DNA of 64,000 nucleotides from Rhodospirillales bacterium. GTDB taxonomy: Bacteria > Pseudomonadota > Alphaproteobacteria > Acetobacterales > Acetobacteraceae. A model generated the notes under the pieces. That model saw only the letters and a list, made by a program, of their open reading frames with translations, did not search any database and was not told the origin of the DNA. Below are positions 21,642 through 30,931 of the stretch, piece after piece (position 1 is the first letter of the stretch; each line of letters opens with the position of its first letter). The position numbers and the translations under genes are program-made. The DNA is taken from the NCBI GenBank assembly GCA_025352565.1, contig JANXTF010000024.1, positions 6,001 to 70,000 of the forward strand, written 5' to 3'.

Positions 21642-22781
21642 TTGGGGGAGAGTGGCTTTGGTCCCGTTCGTGGCGGCGTTGTCAGAGGGTGTTGTTCGAA
21701 ACGCCGCGTCTCGCGCGGCAATGGCGTGAACGGGACGCTTTCCGATATCCTGGGAGACACCGCGTCGCGGGTTTTCGCGGATCATGTAACGCCGGAATTG
21801 CTGGCTGTTGCAGCGCGAGGCGTTTGGCCCGCGGCATTATGGGCAGCGGTCGAGGATGTCGGCCTGACCAGAGCGCTGGTTCCGGAGGATGCCGGCGGAT
21901 TCGGTATTCCGCTCGTTGAAGCTCTGTTGCTCTTGCGCCGTGCGGGTGCCGCGGCGTTGCCGCTTCCCTTGGCTGAGACGATGCTGGCCGGGTGGCTGCT
22001 CGCAGGCGCGGGCCTGCCGATTCCGGATGGGCCAATGTCGGTCGCCACAGGGACGGCATTACGGCTTGTTCGCGCCGGCGCCGAATGGCGGCTGACCGGT
22101 CAGGACCGGCATGTCGCCTGGGCACGGGATGCGGCAGCCATCGTGGCATTGGCCACGATGGCTGGACAGACCTATGTGGTTCTCCTGGCCCGTGGAGTCG
22201 GACGTATCGAGCAACGCGTCAATATAGCCGACGAGCCCCGGGATACGCTGCAGGTGGACGTCACCCTCGACGAGGGGCAGGTGGCGCCGGCTGCGTCGGG
22301 CGTCGGGTTCGCCCAGTTGCGCGCCGCGGGTGCGGTGACACGCGCGCTGATGTTGGCGGGCGCCTTGGAGCGCGTCAGCGAGATGACCGTTCTGTACGCA
22401 CAGGATCGCAAGCAATTCGGCAAGCCGATCGGGCGGTTTCAAGCCGTGCAGCAGAACCTCGCCGTTCTCGCGGCGGAAACGGCCGCGGCGATCGCCGCAA
22501 GCGATCTTGCCGCGGAGGGGTTCGCAGACGGTATGCGACTGCCGGCCATCGCCGTCGGCAAGGCGCGCACCAGCGAGGCGGCGGGTCTCGGCGCCGCGAT
22601 CGCGCACCAGGTGCATGGGGCCATCGGCTTTACCAATGAACACAGCCTGCATTTTCTGACCAAGCGCCTATGGGCCTGGCGGGATGAATATGGCACCGAG
22701 GCGGAGTGGAGCCTTCTTCTGGGCCGGCATGTCGCGACGGCTGGGGCCGATCGGCTCTGGGCCGAGATCACCTCGGTCTGA
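21642..22781 (+). CDS. Acyl-CoA dehydrogenase family protein (divergent, possible non-catalytic partner subunit)
   Basis: ACAD-like middle and C-terminal domains (YAQDRKQFGKPIGRFQAVQ..., GFTNEH...). The start is uncertain; an in-frame GTG at 21726 gives VNGTLSDILGD. Confidence 0.75.
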   Translation: MGESGFGPVRGGVVRGCCSKRRVSRGNGVNGTLSDILGDTASRVFADHVTPELLAVAARGVWPAALWAAVEDVGLTRALVPEDAGGFGIPLVEALLLLRRAGAAALPLPLAETMLAGWLLAGAGLPIPDGPMSVATGTALRLVRAGAEWRLTGQDRHVAWARDAAAIVALATMAGQTYVVLLARGVGRIEQRVNIADEPRDTLQVDVTLDEGQVAPAASGVGFAQLRAAGAVTRALMLAGALERVSEMTVLYAQDRKQFGKPIGRFQAVQQNLAVLAAETAAAIAASDLAAEGFADGMRLPAIAVGKARTSEAAGLGAAIAHQVHGAIGFTNEHSLHFLTKRLWAWRDEYGTEAEWSLLLGRHVATAGADRLWAEITSV

Positions 22782-22800
22782 ACGCTTCCCAGGAACCAAC

Positions 22801-23946
22801 ATGCCGACCGTTACCTTCGCGCCACCGCCATCCAATGCCGCTGCCGAGCACCTTCGTGCTGAAGTGCGGGCGTTTCTTGCCGTCGAAATCGCCACCCGTT
22901 CGCCAGAGCGCCGCGCCGAGAGCTGGAACGGTTTCGACCGTGATTTCAGCCGCAAAATGGGCGAGCGTGGCTGGATCGGTATGACCTGGCCGAAGGCGTA
23001 TGGCGGGCGCGAACGGAGCGCTCTCGAACGCTATGTCGTGCAGGAGGAGATGCTGGCTGCGGGCGCGCCTGTTTCAGGCCACTGGATCGCTGACCGCCAG
23101 AGCGGCCCGTCGTTGCTGCGCTACGGCACCGAAGACCAGCGGCGCGACATCCTGCCACGCATCGCGGCCGGCGAATGCTTCTTCTGCATCGGCATGAGCG
23201 AGCCTGATTCGGGTTCCGACCTTGCCGCTGTCCGGACCCGCGCAACCAAAGTGCAAGGCGGCTGGGTGGTGAACGGGAGCAAACTATGGACCACGAACGC
23301 CCACCTCTCCCATTACATGATCCTGTTCTGCCGCACCGGAGCGGCGGAGGAACGGCAGGGCGGCACCAGCCAGTTCGTCGTGGATCTCACGCTTCCCGGC
23401 ATCACCATTCGTCCGATTGCAGCGATGACCGGAGAGCGGCACTTCAACGAAGTGGTCTTTCAGGACGCGTTTTTACCTGAAGGTGCGCTGCTGGGCGAAG
23501 TCGGCCGCGGCTGGGAGCAGGTGATGGGCGAGCTGGCCTATGAACGCAGCGGGCCGGAACGTTTTCTTTCCTCGTTCGCCTTGTTGGTCGAGCTTGTGCG
23601 AATACTCGGCCCGGACCCGTCAGAGCGCGCGGCAATCGCGGTCGGCCGCCTGGTCGCGCGGATCGCCACCCTTCGCCGTCTGTCCCGTTCTGTCGCGGGC
23701 ATGTTGGCCTCCGGCAGCGATCCTTCGTTGCAGGCGGCCATGGTCAAGGACCTCGGCGCGATGGTGGAGCAGGAAATCCCGGAGATTGCCCGCCTGCTGG
23801 TACCGCCCGAGGCCGCCACTGGCGACAATGGCAGCTACACGGCCGTGCTTGCTTACCTGACGTTGCACGCGCCATCGTTTTCCTTGCGCGGAGGCACCCG
23901 CGAAATCCTACGTGGCATTATCGCCCGTGGGTTGGGCTTGAGATAG
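22801..23946 (+). CDS. Acyl-CoA dehydrogenase
   Basis: CIGMSEPDSGSDLAAVRTRA, WTTNAH and C-terminal GGTREILRGIIARG (catalytic-Glu context). The start is taken at ATG 22801 (MPTVTF). Confidence 0.85.
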   Translation: MPTVTFAPPPSNAAAEHLRAEVRAFLAVEIATRSPERRAESWNGFDRDFSRKMGERGWIGMTWPKAYGGRERSALERYVVQEEMLAAGAPVSGHWIADRQSGPSLLRYGTEDQRRDILPRIAAGECFFCIGMSEPDSGSDLAAVRTRATKVQGGWVVNGSKLWTTNAHLSHYMILFCRTGAAEERQGGTSQFVVDLTLPGITIRPIAAMTGERHFNEVVFQDAFLPEGALLGEVGRGWEQVMGELAYERSGPERFLSSFALLVELVRILGPDPSERAAIAVGRLVARIATLRRLSRSVAGMLASGSDPSLQAAMVKDLGAMVEQEIPEIARLLVPPEAATGDNGSYTAVLAYLTLHAPSFSLRGGTREILRGIIARGLGLR

Positions 23947-23955
23947 GAGAAGGCG

Positions 23956-24756
23956 ATGTCCGAACTGGTATTGTTTGCGGTAAATGACGGCGTCGCGACG
24001 GTGACGCTGAACTTGCCAGACAAACGTAACCCGATTTCTGAAATCGGCATGGTGAATGCGCTGGTCGCGGCGTTGGAACGCCTCGACCGGGATCGCTCCA
24101 TACACGCCGCGATATTGACCGGCGCCGGCAGCGCCTTCTCGTCGGGTGGCGACTTGCGCGCCATGTCGGATGAACTTGAGACCCGTGCGGGACGCCCGGC
24201 CGAAACCCCAGCCTATTACATACGCGGCATCCAGCGTATCACCCTGGCCTTCGCGCGACTTGAGGTGCCGATCCTCGCGGCCGTGAACGGTCCGGCGATC
24301 GGTGCCGGGCTCGATCTCGCCTGCATGTGCGACATACGCCTTGCTGGCGAGAGCGCACGATTTGCCGAAAGCTTCGTGAAAGTCGGCATCATCCCCGGTG
24401 ACGGCGGCGCCTGGCTGCTTCCTCGAACGGTTGGGTTCGCAAAAGCCTGCGAGATGACGTTTACCGGCGACGTCCTGAACGCGGCCGAAGCATTGGCCTG
24501 CGGCCTCGTGACCCGGGTCGTGGCCGATGCCGACTTGCTGCCCGAAGCGCGCAAGCTGGCGGCACGCATTGCCGCCAACCCACCGCAAGCGGTGCGGATG
24601 GCCAAGCGTCTGCTGCAACAGGGGCGCGAGATGGCGCAAGGCCAGCTTCTGGAAATGGCCGCGCAGATGCAGGCGTTGGCGCATACGACCACGGACCATC
24701 GCGAGGCCGTGACGGCGTTCCTGGAAAAACGCACGCCCCGGTTCTCCGGGCAATAA
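23956..24756 (+). CDS. Enoyl-CoA hydratase/isomerase (crotonase) family
   Basis: VATVTLNLPDKRNP...ILTGAGSAFSSGGDL...GPAIGAGLDLA. Confidence 0.88.
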   Translation: MSELVLFAVNDGVATVTLNLPDKRNPISEIGMVNALVAALERLDRDRSIHAAILTGAGSAFSSGGDLRAMSDELETRAGRPAETPAYYIRGIQRITLAFARLEVPILAAVNGPAIGAGLDLACMCDIRLAGESARFAESFVKVGIIPGDGGAWLLPRTVGFAKACEMTFTGDVLNAAEALACGLVTRVVADADLLPEARKLAARIAANPPQAVRMAKRLLQQGREMAQGQLLEMAAQMQALAHTTTDHREAVTAFLEKRTPRFSGQ

Positions 24757-24793
24757 TGATCGTCGTACTAAAACCTCAAGCGGAGTGTCTGCG

Positions 24794-25933
24794 ATGAACG
24801 GCGTCTCCAAAGTATCTCCAGGCGTCGGAACCGGCCTTTCGAAGCCCGTTGCAGCCGCGCTCTCCATCGTCGATTGCGACTTTCACCCATTCGTGCCGCT
24901 GCAGGAGGTCATCGCCCGTATGCCCGCGCGAGCGCGCCGGTCCGTGCAGGTCAGCAGTTACGCGGCCGTCCTGGGCCGCGAGCATAATCGCTTCCTGATC
25001 CCGACAGGCGAGCCGCTGCGGCTCGATGCGGTGCCGACGCGCGGCGGACTTGCGGGCTCGGACCCGGCCTTCGCCGTCGCCGACTACCTGGATCGGTGGG
25101 GTATCGCGGCTGCGGTGATGATGCCCATTCAGGCGATGGGGGTGATTGCCTGGGCGGCCGAGGAGGTCGTGAACAGCTACCTTGCCGCGATGAACGACCT
25201 GTTCCTTGAGATGTGGCACGCGGAAGACCCGCGATTCAAAATGCTGATCTCGGTCTCCCCCCACGACCCCGACGCGGCCGTCCGGGAGATCGAGCGGCTC
25301 GCGGACAAGCCCGGCGTCGTCGGCTTTCAAATTCCCATGGGCGAGATCGGCCTTGGCAGTTCGGCGATGTTCAAGGTGTATGCGGCTGCCGCCCATTTCG
25401 GCCTGCCGTTGGTGCTCCACCCGAACAGCGTGGACTGCTCCCTGCAGAACTCGCCCTCCTGTGCGGGGCGCGTCACCCGCAGCTATGCCGAACATCACGT
25501 CCTGCTGAGCCAACCCGGCCAGGGCGCCGCGACCCAACTGGTGATGAGCGGGGCCCTCGAACGTTTCCCGACCATGCGCGTCGTGCTGGCGGAGTTTGGT
25601 TTCAGCTGGGTCGGCCCGATGATGTGGCGCATGGATACCGCCTGGCAGCGCGGCGGCGGCGCCGACGGATTGCTGCCACGTCCGCCGAGCGAATACCTGC
25701 TCAACCAGTTGCGTTTCACCACGCAGCCTTACGACGAGCCTGGCAACCCTCGCGATCTGGTCCCGATTCTCGATTCGATGCAGGCCCATCGCACGCTGGT
25801 GTTCAGCTCCGATTATCCGCACTGGGACACCGATCGTCCGGACGTCGTGCTGCGCCGCTTGCCTGTCGAATTGCGCGAGCGGGTCGCGAAGCAAACCGCG
25901 ATGGAGACGTTCGGGACACGTCTCGGGCTGTGA
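24794..25933 (+). CDS. Amidohydrolase-2 family protein (paralog A)
   Basis: N-terminal IVDCDFH, central LVLHPN and C-terminal VFSSDYPHWD motifs. ATG 24794 lies 8 nt after GGAG; the track ORF starts at GTG 24785. Confidence 0.78.
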   Translation: MNGVSKVSPGVGTGLSKPVAAALSIVDCDFHPFVPLQEVIARMPARARRSVQVSSYAAVLGREHNRFLIPTGEPLRLDAVPTRGGLAGSDPAFAVADYLDRWGIAAAVMMPIQAMGVIAWAAEEVVNSYLAAMNDLFLEMWHAEDPRFKMLISVSPHDPDAAVREIERLADKPGVVGFQIPMGEIGLGSSAMFKVYAAAAHFGLPLVLHPNSVDCSLQNSPSCAGRVTRSYAEHHVLLSQPGQGAATQLVMSGALERFPTMRVVLAEFGFSWVGPMMWRMDTAWQRGGGADGLLPRPPSEYLLNQLRFTTQPYDEPGNPRDLVPILDSMQAHRTLVFSSDYPHWDTDRPDVVLRRLPVELRERVAKQTAMETFGTRLGL

Positions 25934-25947
25934 GCAGCGCGAGAAGC

Positions 25948-26355
25948 ATGGACAACGACCGAGTCCGCGCCGGAGTGGTGGATGAGTTCGTGCTGAACCG
26001 GTTTCGCGTGGTGGATACACCAGCCGGAGCGATCGGTGTCGTGCGGACAACCGATGGGTTCTACGCTGTGCTGAACCGATGCCCTCACATGGGCGCGCCG
26101 GTATGTGTCGGTACTGACCTCACGACCTCGACCGTCGCATCGCGCCCTTTCGAGTACCGGTTGGCCCATGAAGACCGTGTGGTGAGATGCCCGTGGCACC
26201 GGTGGGAATTTCGGGTCGATACGGGCGAAAGCATCGGGAACACCACTAAAGCCCGGCTCCTGCGCTTCCCGGTGATCGTCGAGGGCGCGGAGGTTTTCGT
26301 GCAGTATCGCGCGGCGCGGGGCGCCGCCGCCCGTGTGAAAGAAACGCCGCAATGA
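25948..26355 (+). CDS. Stand-alone Rieske [2Fe-2S] domain protein (135 aa)
   Basis: CPHMG ... CPWHRWEF ligand boxes with an unusually long spacer of about 33 aa. There is no oxygenase catalytic domain. ATGA overlap with the next gene. Confidence 0.75.
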   Translation: MDNDRVRAGVVDEFVLNRFRVVDTPAGAIGVVRTTDGFYAVLNRCPHMGAPVCVGTDLTTSTVASRPFEYRLAHEDRVVRCPWHRWEFRVDTGESIGNTTKARLLRFPVIVEGAEVFVQYRAARGAAARVKETPQ

Positions 26356-27395
26356 GCGAGGCCCTGATCGACTGCGAATACCATGTCGCCGCACCGGATT
26401 TGCAACTCCTGCTTCCTTACATGGAAAAGTCCTGGGCCGCCCGGTTTGTGCGTTCCCGCTTCTCGCTGCCGCTCGGCAGGGAACACCCGGGCGGCGGCAG
26501 CCTGACCGAGGGCTCGAGCCTGCCCGATCCCGCCACGGCAGGCGCTGCCTTGGCGGCCGGCACGCGCGCGGCATTGCTCGTGCCGCATCAGGTCATGCCC
26601 GTTGCCGGTTGGACCGACACCCTGCTCTGTTCGGTCTACGCCACGGCGCTTAATCGTTACGTCCGTGAGCATTGGATACCTGCCGACCGCCGCTTCCGCA
26701 TGGCAATCGCTATCTCGCCGCACGAGCCGGAACTCGCGGCCGACGAGATCGATCGCTACGGCGAGGATGTCTCCGCGGCCGCCATAGTCATGCCGCTGCT
26801 CGCCACGCATCTCGGCCAGACGCATTATCGTCCGATCTTCAAAGCCGCCGCGCGGCACCGGCTTCCCGTGATCGTTCACCCGAGCGGGCGCGAGGGCACG
26901 ATCGTGGGTACTCCCGTCCTATCCGGCATGGGTCCACGTCACGCCGGCGAGTATCACTCGCTGATCTGGCAGGCAGCAGTCACCAACATCGCAAGCCTGG
27001 TGTATGATGGCGTGTTCATCGATCTACCGGATTTGCGCGTGGTGTTCGCGGGCTTTGGCTTCGAATGGCTGCCCGGAGTATTGTGGCATCTCGATATGGA
27101 ATGGCGAAGCCTGCGTATCGACATTCCATGGGTGACCGATCCGCCCTCGGTTTACGTGGCACGCCATATCCGGATCGTGATCGACGATTTAGGCCTCACG
27201 CCGCCTGAAGCGTCGCGTCAGATCGCCAACATGCTTGCCGAAGGCTTGTTGATGTGGGGTTCGAACTCACCGTTCGCCACCAACAGCGCCGCCGAGGTGC
27301 TGGACGCCATGCCGGAGAAGCTTCGCGCGAAGGTCGCGTTCGGCAACGCGGCAGAGACGTTCGGCTCTCGACTGTTGACTGAGGCGTTGGCGTGA
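26352..27395 (+). CDS. Amidohydrolase-2 family protein (paralog B, C-terminal Asp/His box degenerate)
   Basis: IDCEYH and VIVHPS are retained, but the position matching SSDYPHWD of paralog A reads GSNSPFAT. GTGA overlap with the CoA-transferase start. Confidence 0.72.
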   Translation: MSEALIDCEYHVAAPDLQLLLPYMEKSWAARFVRSRFSLPLGREHPGGGSLTEGSSLPDPATAGAALAAGTRAALLVPHQVMPVAGWTDTLLCSVYATALNRYVREHWIPADRRFRMAIAISPHEPELAADEIDRYGEDVSAAAIVMPLLATHLGQTHYRPIFKAAARHRLPVIVHPSGREGTIVGTPVLSGMGPRHAGEYHSLIWQAAVTNIASLVYDGVFIDLPDLRVVFAGFGFEWLPGVLWHLDMEWRSLRIDIPWVTDPPSVYVARHIRIVIDDLGLTPPEASRQIANMLAEGLLMWGSNSPFATNSAAEVLDAMPEKLRAKVAFGNAAETFGSRLLTEALA

Positions 27396-28549
27396 AACCT
27401 GAGCACAGGATCAAGGTTCTCGATCTTTCCAGCCATTGGTCCGGCTCGGTCGCCAGCCGTCATCTGGTACATCTCGGCGCCGATGTGGTTAAATTGGAAA
27501 ACCCGAATTACGGGGATGGGAATCGCGGCCTTGGCCCTTACGTGGCGGGGGAAGGTATGTCCCATATCGCGCTGAACGCCGGCAAGCGCAGCGTGGCGGT
27601 GGACCGCCGCTCCGCTGACTGGACCGAAACCCTGCGCCGAAGTGCGCGCTGGGCCGATGTGGTGATCGTCGGCTCTCAGCCGGGCGCGGCCAGAACGCGA
27701 GGTCTGGACTTCACGTCGTTCGTCGAGATGAACGATCGAGTGGTTTATTGCAACATTTCGGGATACGGCGAGACCGGTCCCTGGGCGGACTTCCCGTTGC
27801 ACGGCCTGAATGGCGACGTGGTGTCGGGACTGGTCCCGATCGAGATGCGGGACGGCATGCCGGTGCCACGCGCGGATTACCGCTCGGTCGGCTCGACACT
27901 TGCCGGGATCGAAGCCGCCATCGGAATATTGGAAGGATTGCGACGGCGCGATCTCGGGCTTGGCGCGCAATGTGTCACGACATCGGTTTGGGAAAGCGCG
28001 ATGTTCTGGCAATGGCGTGACGTGATGACAATGGCGAATACCGGCCAACCCTCGCTCGCTTACGCCGATCTGGGATCGCGATACGCGATGTATGCCACTG
28101 CCGACGATCGCGTCGTGCTCGTCTGTCCCATCGAACGCAAGTTCTGGGAGAGCTTTTGCGACATTCTCGACTTGCCGACTGCTTGGAAGGCAGAAGGGTC
28201 CTGGGACAAGAGCGGCATGGATTGGGGCCATGGCAGGACACTGGAGCGCGCGACGATTGCGGAGCGTTTCCGGCAACATCCCCTGGGCTACTGGCTGATC
28301 CACCTCGAGCGCGGGGGTGTCCCGTTCTCGCCGCTTTACACTGTGCTGGAAGCGGTGGACACGGAGCAGGCTCGGGCAGTCGGCGTAATGGGAGTGACGA
28401 CGGTCAATGGCCAGGATGTGAGGGTGCCCAACATTCCACTTCACGTCTCCACTTCTGGCGTTACGCCTGGCGCACAGGAGCCTGAAAGAATCCCGCCTCC
28501 CCCTATATTGGGTGCCGATACCGCGACGTTCCTCGACGATCTTCGTTGA
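27392..28549 (+). CDS. Family III CoA-transferase (CaiB/BaiF/Frc type)
   Basis: IKVLDLSSHWSGSVASRHLVHLGADVVKLENP is the typical N-terminus. GTG start. Confidence 0.85.
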   Translation: MKPEHRIKVLDLSSHWSGSVASRHLVHLGADVVKLENPNYGDGNRGLGPYVAGEGMSHIALNAGKRSVAVDRRSADWTETLRRSARWADVVIVGSQPGAARTRGLDFTSFVEMNDRVVYCNISGYGETGPWADFPLHGLNGDVVSGLVPIEMRDGMPVPRADYRSVGSTLAGIEAAIGILEGLRRRDLGLGAQCVTTSVWESAMFWQWRDVMTMANTGQPSLAYADLGSRYAMYATADDRVVLVCPIERKFWESFCDILDLPTAWKAEGSWDKSGMDWGHGRTLERATIAERFRQHPLGYWLIHLERGGVPFSPLYTVLEAVDTEQARAVGVMGVTTVNGQDVRVPNIPLHVSTSGVTPGAQEPERIPPPPILGADTATFLDDLR

Positions 28550-28577
28550 CCTCCAGGAGAAGGGCCATGTACGGGCG

Positions 28578-29498
28578 TCAGCCCTTGCCGAGATATTCGA
28601 GTATTGTGCGGCAAAACTCGCCGGGTCGTTCGCGTGGAATGTAATGCCCGGCCGTGCTGCTGATATCGACGAGGCTTGCGATCGCTTCACGGTAGCGCCC
28701 GACCATCTCCGCATCGAGAAAGCCAGCCTTCTCGGACCATAAGAGGAGTGTTGGGACATGCACATGGCGCGCAAAGCCCCATACTTCGGCGTTGTCGAGG
28801 CGGCCGGCGGAGCGGGTTATCCAAAACAGCTCCGGGTCCGCACGCTCGACCAATTTTCCCACCCAGTTTTCGCGGAGTTGGAAACGCGCATGTAGCCTGC
28901 GGAAGACCGGCATCCATTCTGGATGCATTTCCTCGTACAGCGCGAGAGCTTCAGCGGCGTTGTTGAAACCGCGCCGGGCCAGACGCGCCGCACCGATATT
29001 GGCGCTTTGCCGCGTGCCACCGCTTAGCAGTTCCGGCCCGCCATCGGAGAGAACAAGATGGCTGACCATGTCGGGACATCGGGCCGCGAGTGCGAGGCCG
29101 ATCCGGGCGCCCAGCGAATGCCCGACCACGTCGCATTTCGCGATACCCTCCTGGCGCAACAGGCCCGCGACATCGCCCGCGATGAGGCGGGTCCAATATC
29201 CGTCCCGTGACCAGTCGCTGCCGCCGTGACCGCGCAGGTCGGGGCAGAGCACCCGAAAATAGGGTTGCAGCGCGCTCGCTATGGGGTCCCAGGTGTGCGC
29301 CTGTACGTTGAATCCGTGGAGCAGCACCAGGACGCGCGGACTCGGCGATGGCCAATCCGTGAATTGCAGCGAGAGGCCATCGACCGTCGCAATGCGGGTC
29401 TCGTGTTGGCCGTCGAATGAAGCGTCGTCGTCGAAGGCAGGATGGTCGTCGGCGATTTCAGTCACGGTCGAATGCTCCCGATGTTGCGGAATGGTCAA
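28578..29498 (-). CDS. Alpha/beta-fold hydrolase
   Basis: VLVLLHGF oxyanion region and nucleophile elbow VVGHSLGA. The TTG start follows directly after the upstream stop. Confidence 0.8.
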   Translation of the reverse strand: MTIPQHREHSTVTEIADDHPAFDDDASFDGQHETRIATVDGLSLQFTDWPSPSPRVLVLLHGFNVQAHTWDPIASALQPYFRVLCPDLRGHGGSDWSRDGYWTRLIAGDVAGLLRQEGIAKCDVVGHSLGARIGLALAARCPDMVSHLVLSDGGPELLSGGTRQSANIGAARLARRGFNNAAEALALYEEMHPEWMPVFRRLHARFQLRENWVGKLVERADPELFWITRSAGRLDNAEVWGFARHVHVPTLLLWSEKAGFLDAEMVGRYREAIASLVDISSTAGHYIPRERPGEFCRTILEYLGKG

Positions 29499-30770
29499 TC
29501 AAAAGCCTCGGCGGGCGATATTCATTGCCTCGCGCTCGAGAGTCTCGCGGTGGCCGGGGTGTGCGATCCGGATAAGGCGGCGCGCGCGTTCCGCGATGGG
29601 CTGGCCACGCAATTCGGCACTCCCGAACTCGGTGACGATAATGTCCACGTCGCTGCGACCCGTGGTGACCGGTCCCGTCAGGTGACTTGTGATGCGGCTG
29701 GACGCACCTGTACGCGCGGTGGATGGCAGGATGATCAGGGCGCTGCCGCCCGGCGAGCGATGTGCGCCGCGTACGAAATCGGGCTGGCCGCCCACGCCGC
29801 CGATATAGCTTTCGCCGGTGCCCTCGGCATTCACCTGACCGCTCAGATCGACCTCCAGGGCGGAGTTGATCGAGATAAAGCGTTCGATCCGTGCCAGAAC
29901 GGCCGCGTCATGGGTGTGGTCCGCCGTACGCAACGCAACAGCCTTGTTACGATGGGCGAAGCGATACAGGCGGTCGGTTCCGAACAGCGATCCCGCGACG
30001 CTGATGCCGGCGTCCTCGCGCTTGCGGGCGTTCGTGACCGCCCCGCCCATGATGAGATCGAGCAGCGCGTCGCTTATCAGGCCGGAGTGGATGCCGAGGT
30101 CGCGGCGATCCGCAAGAAGCCGGAGCACCGCATCGGGCAGGCGCCCCACTCCGACTTGCAACACCGCCCCGTCCGGTATGTGGAGAGCCGCGTGGCGTGC
30201 AATCGCCTCATCCTCGGGCGTGGCGGCGGTGGACGGAACCTGCAGCGGCTGGCGAGAGGTTCGCACGGCATGATCGATCCGTGACGCATGCAGCGAATGA
30301 CCGCCCTCGGTCCAGGGAATTTGGTCGTTGATCTCGGCTACGATTGTTCGTGCCACTTTCACGGCGGCGACGATGTAGTCGGTGGCGAGACCAAAACTGT
30401 GCAAGCCGTCCGGACCCGCCGGGCTGAGTTGCGGCATTGCGACGTCGCAGCCGATCTGCCCATGTTCGAGCAGCTGCGGGAGTTCGCTGAAGTTGCATGG
30501 CAGAACTTGCACAGCGCCATGCGCCGTAAGTGCCCGCGCCAGTCCGATGCCGCCCAGGCCGGTAAGCTGGATCAGGTCCGCGTGCTCGGGGCGCAGCGTC
30601 TGCGAAAAGACCGTCCCGATGAAAGCCGAGACCGGACCGATGCGGGTCCGCTGGGCGACCAGCGCCTCGGTCAAGGTCAGGGGCTCTGCGGTACCGCCGC
30701 TCCAGACCAGGCGATCCCCCGCACAAATATAAGCGGCAAGATCGAGTGAAACCTGCTCGCTGCCGCTCAA
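29499..30770 (-). CDS. Acetyl-CoA hydrolase/transferase family (4-hydroxybutyrate CoA-transferase-like)
   Basis: INSALEVDLSGQVNAE...GGVGGQPDFVRGA motif region; 423 aa. Confidence 0.8.
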   Translation of the reverse strand: MSGSEQVSLDLAAYICAGDRLVWSGGTAEPLTLTEALVAQRTRIGPVSAFIGTVFSQTLRPEHADLIQLTGLGGIGLARALTAHGAVQVLPCNFSELPQLLEHGQIGCDVAMPQLSPAGPDGLHSFGLATDYIVAAVKVARTIVAEINDQIPWTEGGHSLHASRIDHAVRTSRQPLQVPSTAATPEDEAIARHAALHIPDGAVLQVGVGRLPDAVLRLLADRRDLGIHSGLISDALLDLIMGGAVTNARKREDAGISVAGSLFGTDRLYRFAHRNKAVALRTADHTHDAAVLARIERFISINSALEVDLSGQVNAEGTGESYIGGVGGQPDFVRGAHRSPGGSALIILPSTARTGASSRITSHLTGPVTTGRSDVDIIVTEFGSAELRGQPIAERARRLIRIAHPGHRETLEREAMNIARRGF

Positions 30771-30843
30771 GATGTTCCGCCGATCGACATATTCGAGTCC
30801 GATCTCCCGACAACCATTTGACCAGCCCCGGACGCCGATCTAT

Positions 30844-30864
30844 GAATATGGTTATAAGATATTC
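30844..30864. promoter_or_regulatory. Candidate operator in the AT-rich divergent promoter region
   Basis: GAATAT-N9-ATATTC inverted repeat with central TGGTTATAA, between the divergent CoA-transferase genes (30770 and 30932). Confidence 0.35.
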
Positions 30865-30931
30865 AACTCTTGCTGTCATCCGGTGAATGGCTGGAACAGT
30901 TGCACGACGTCGCGTTGGGGCGGGGAAAGCA

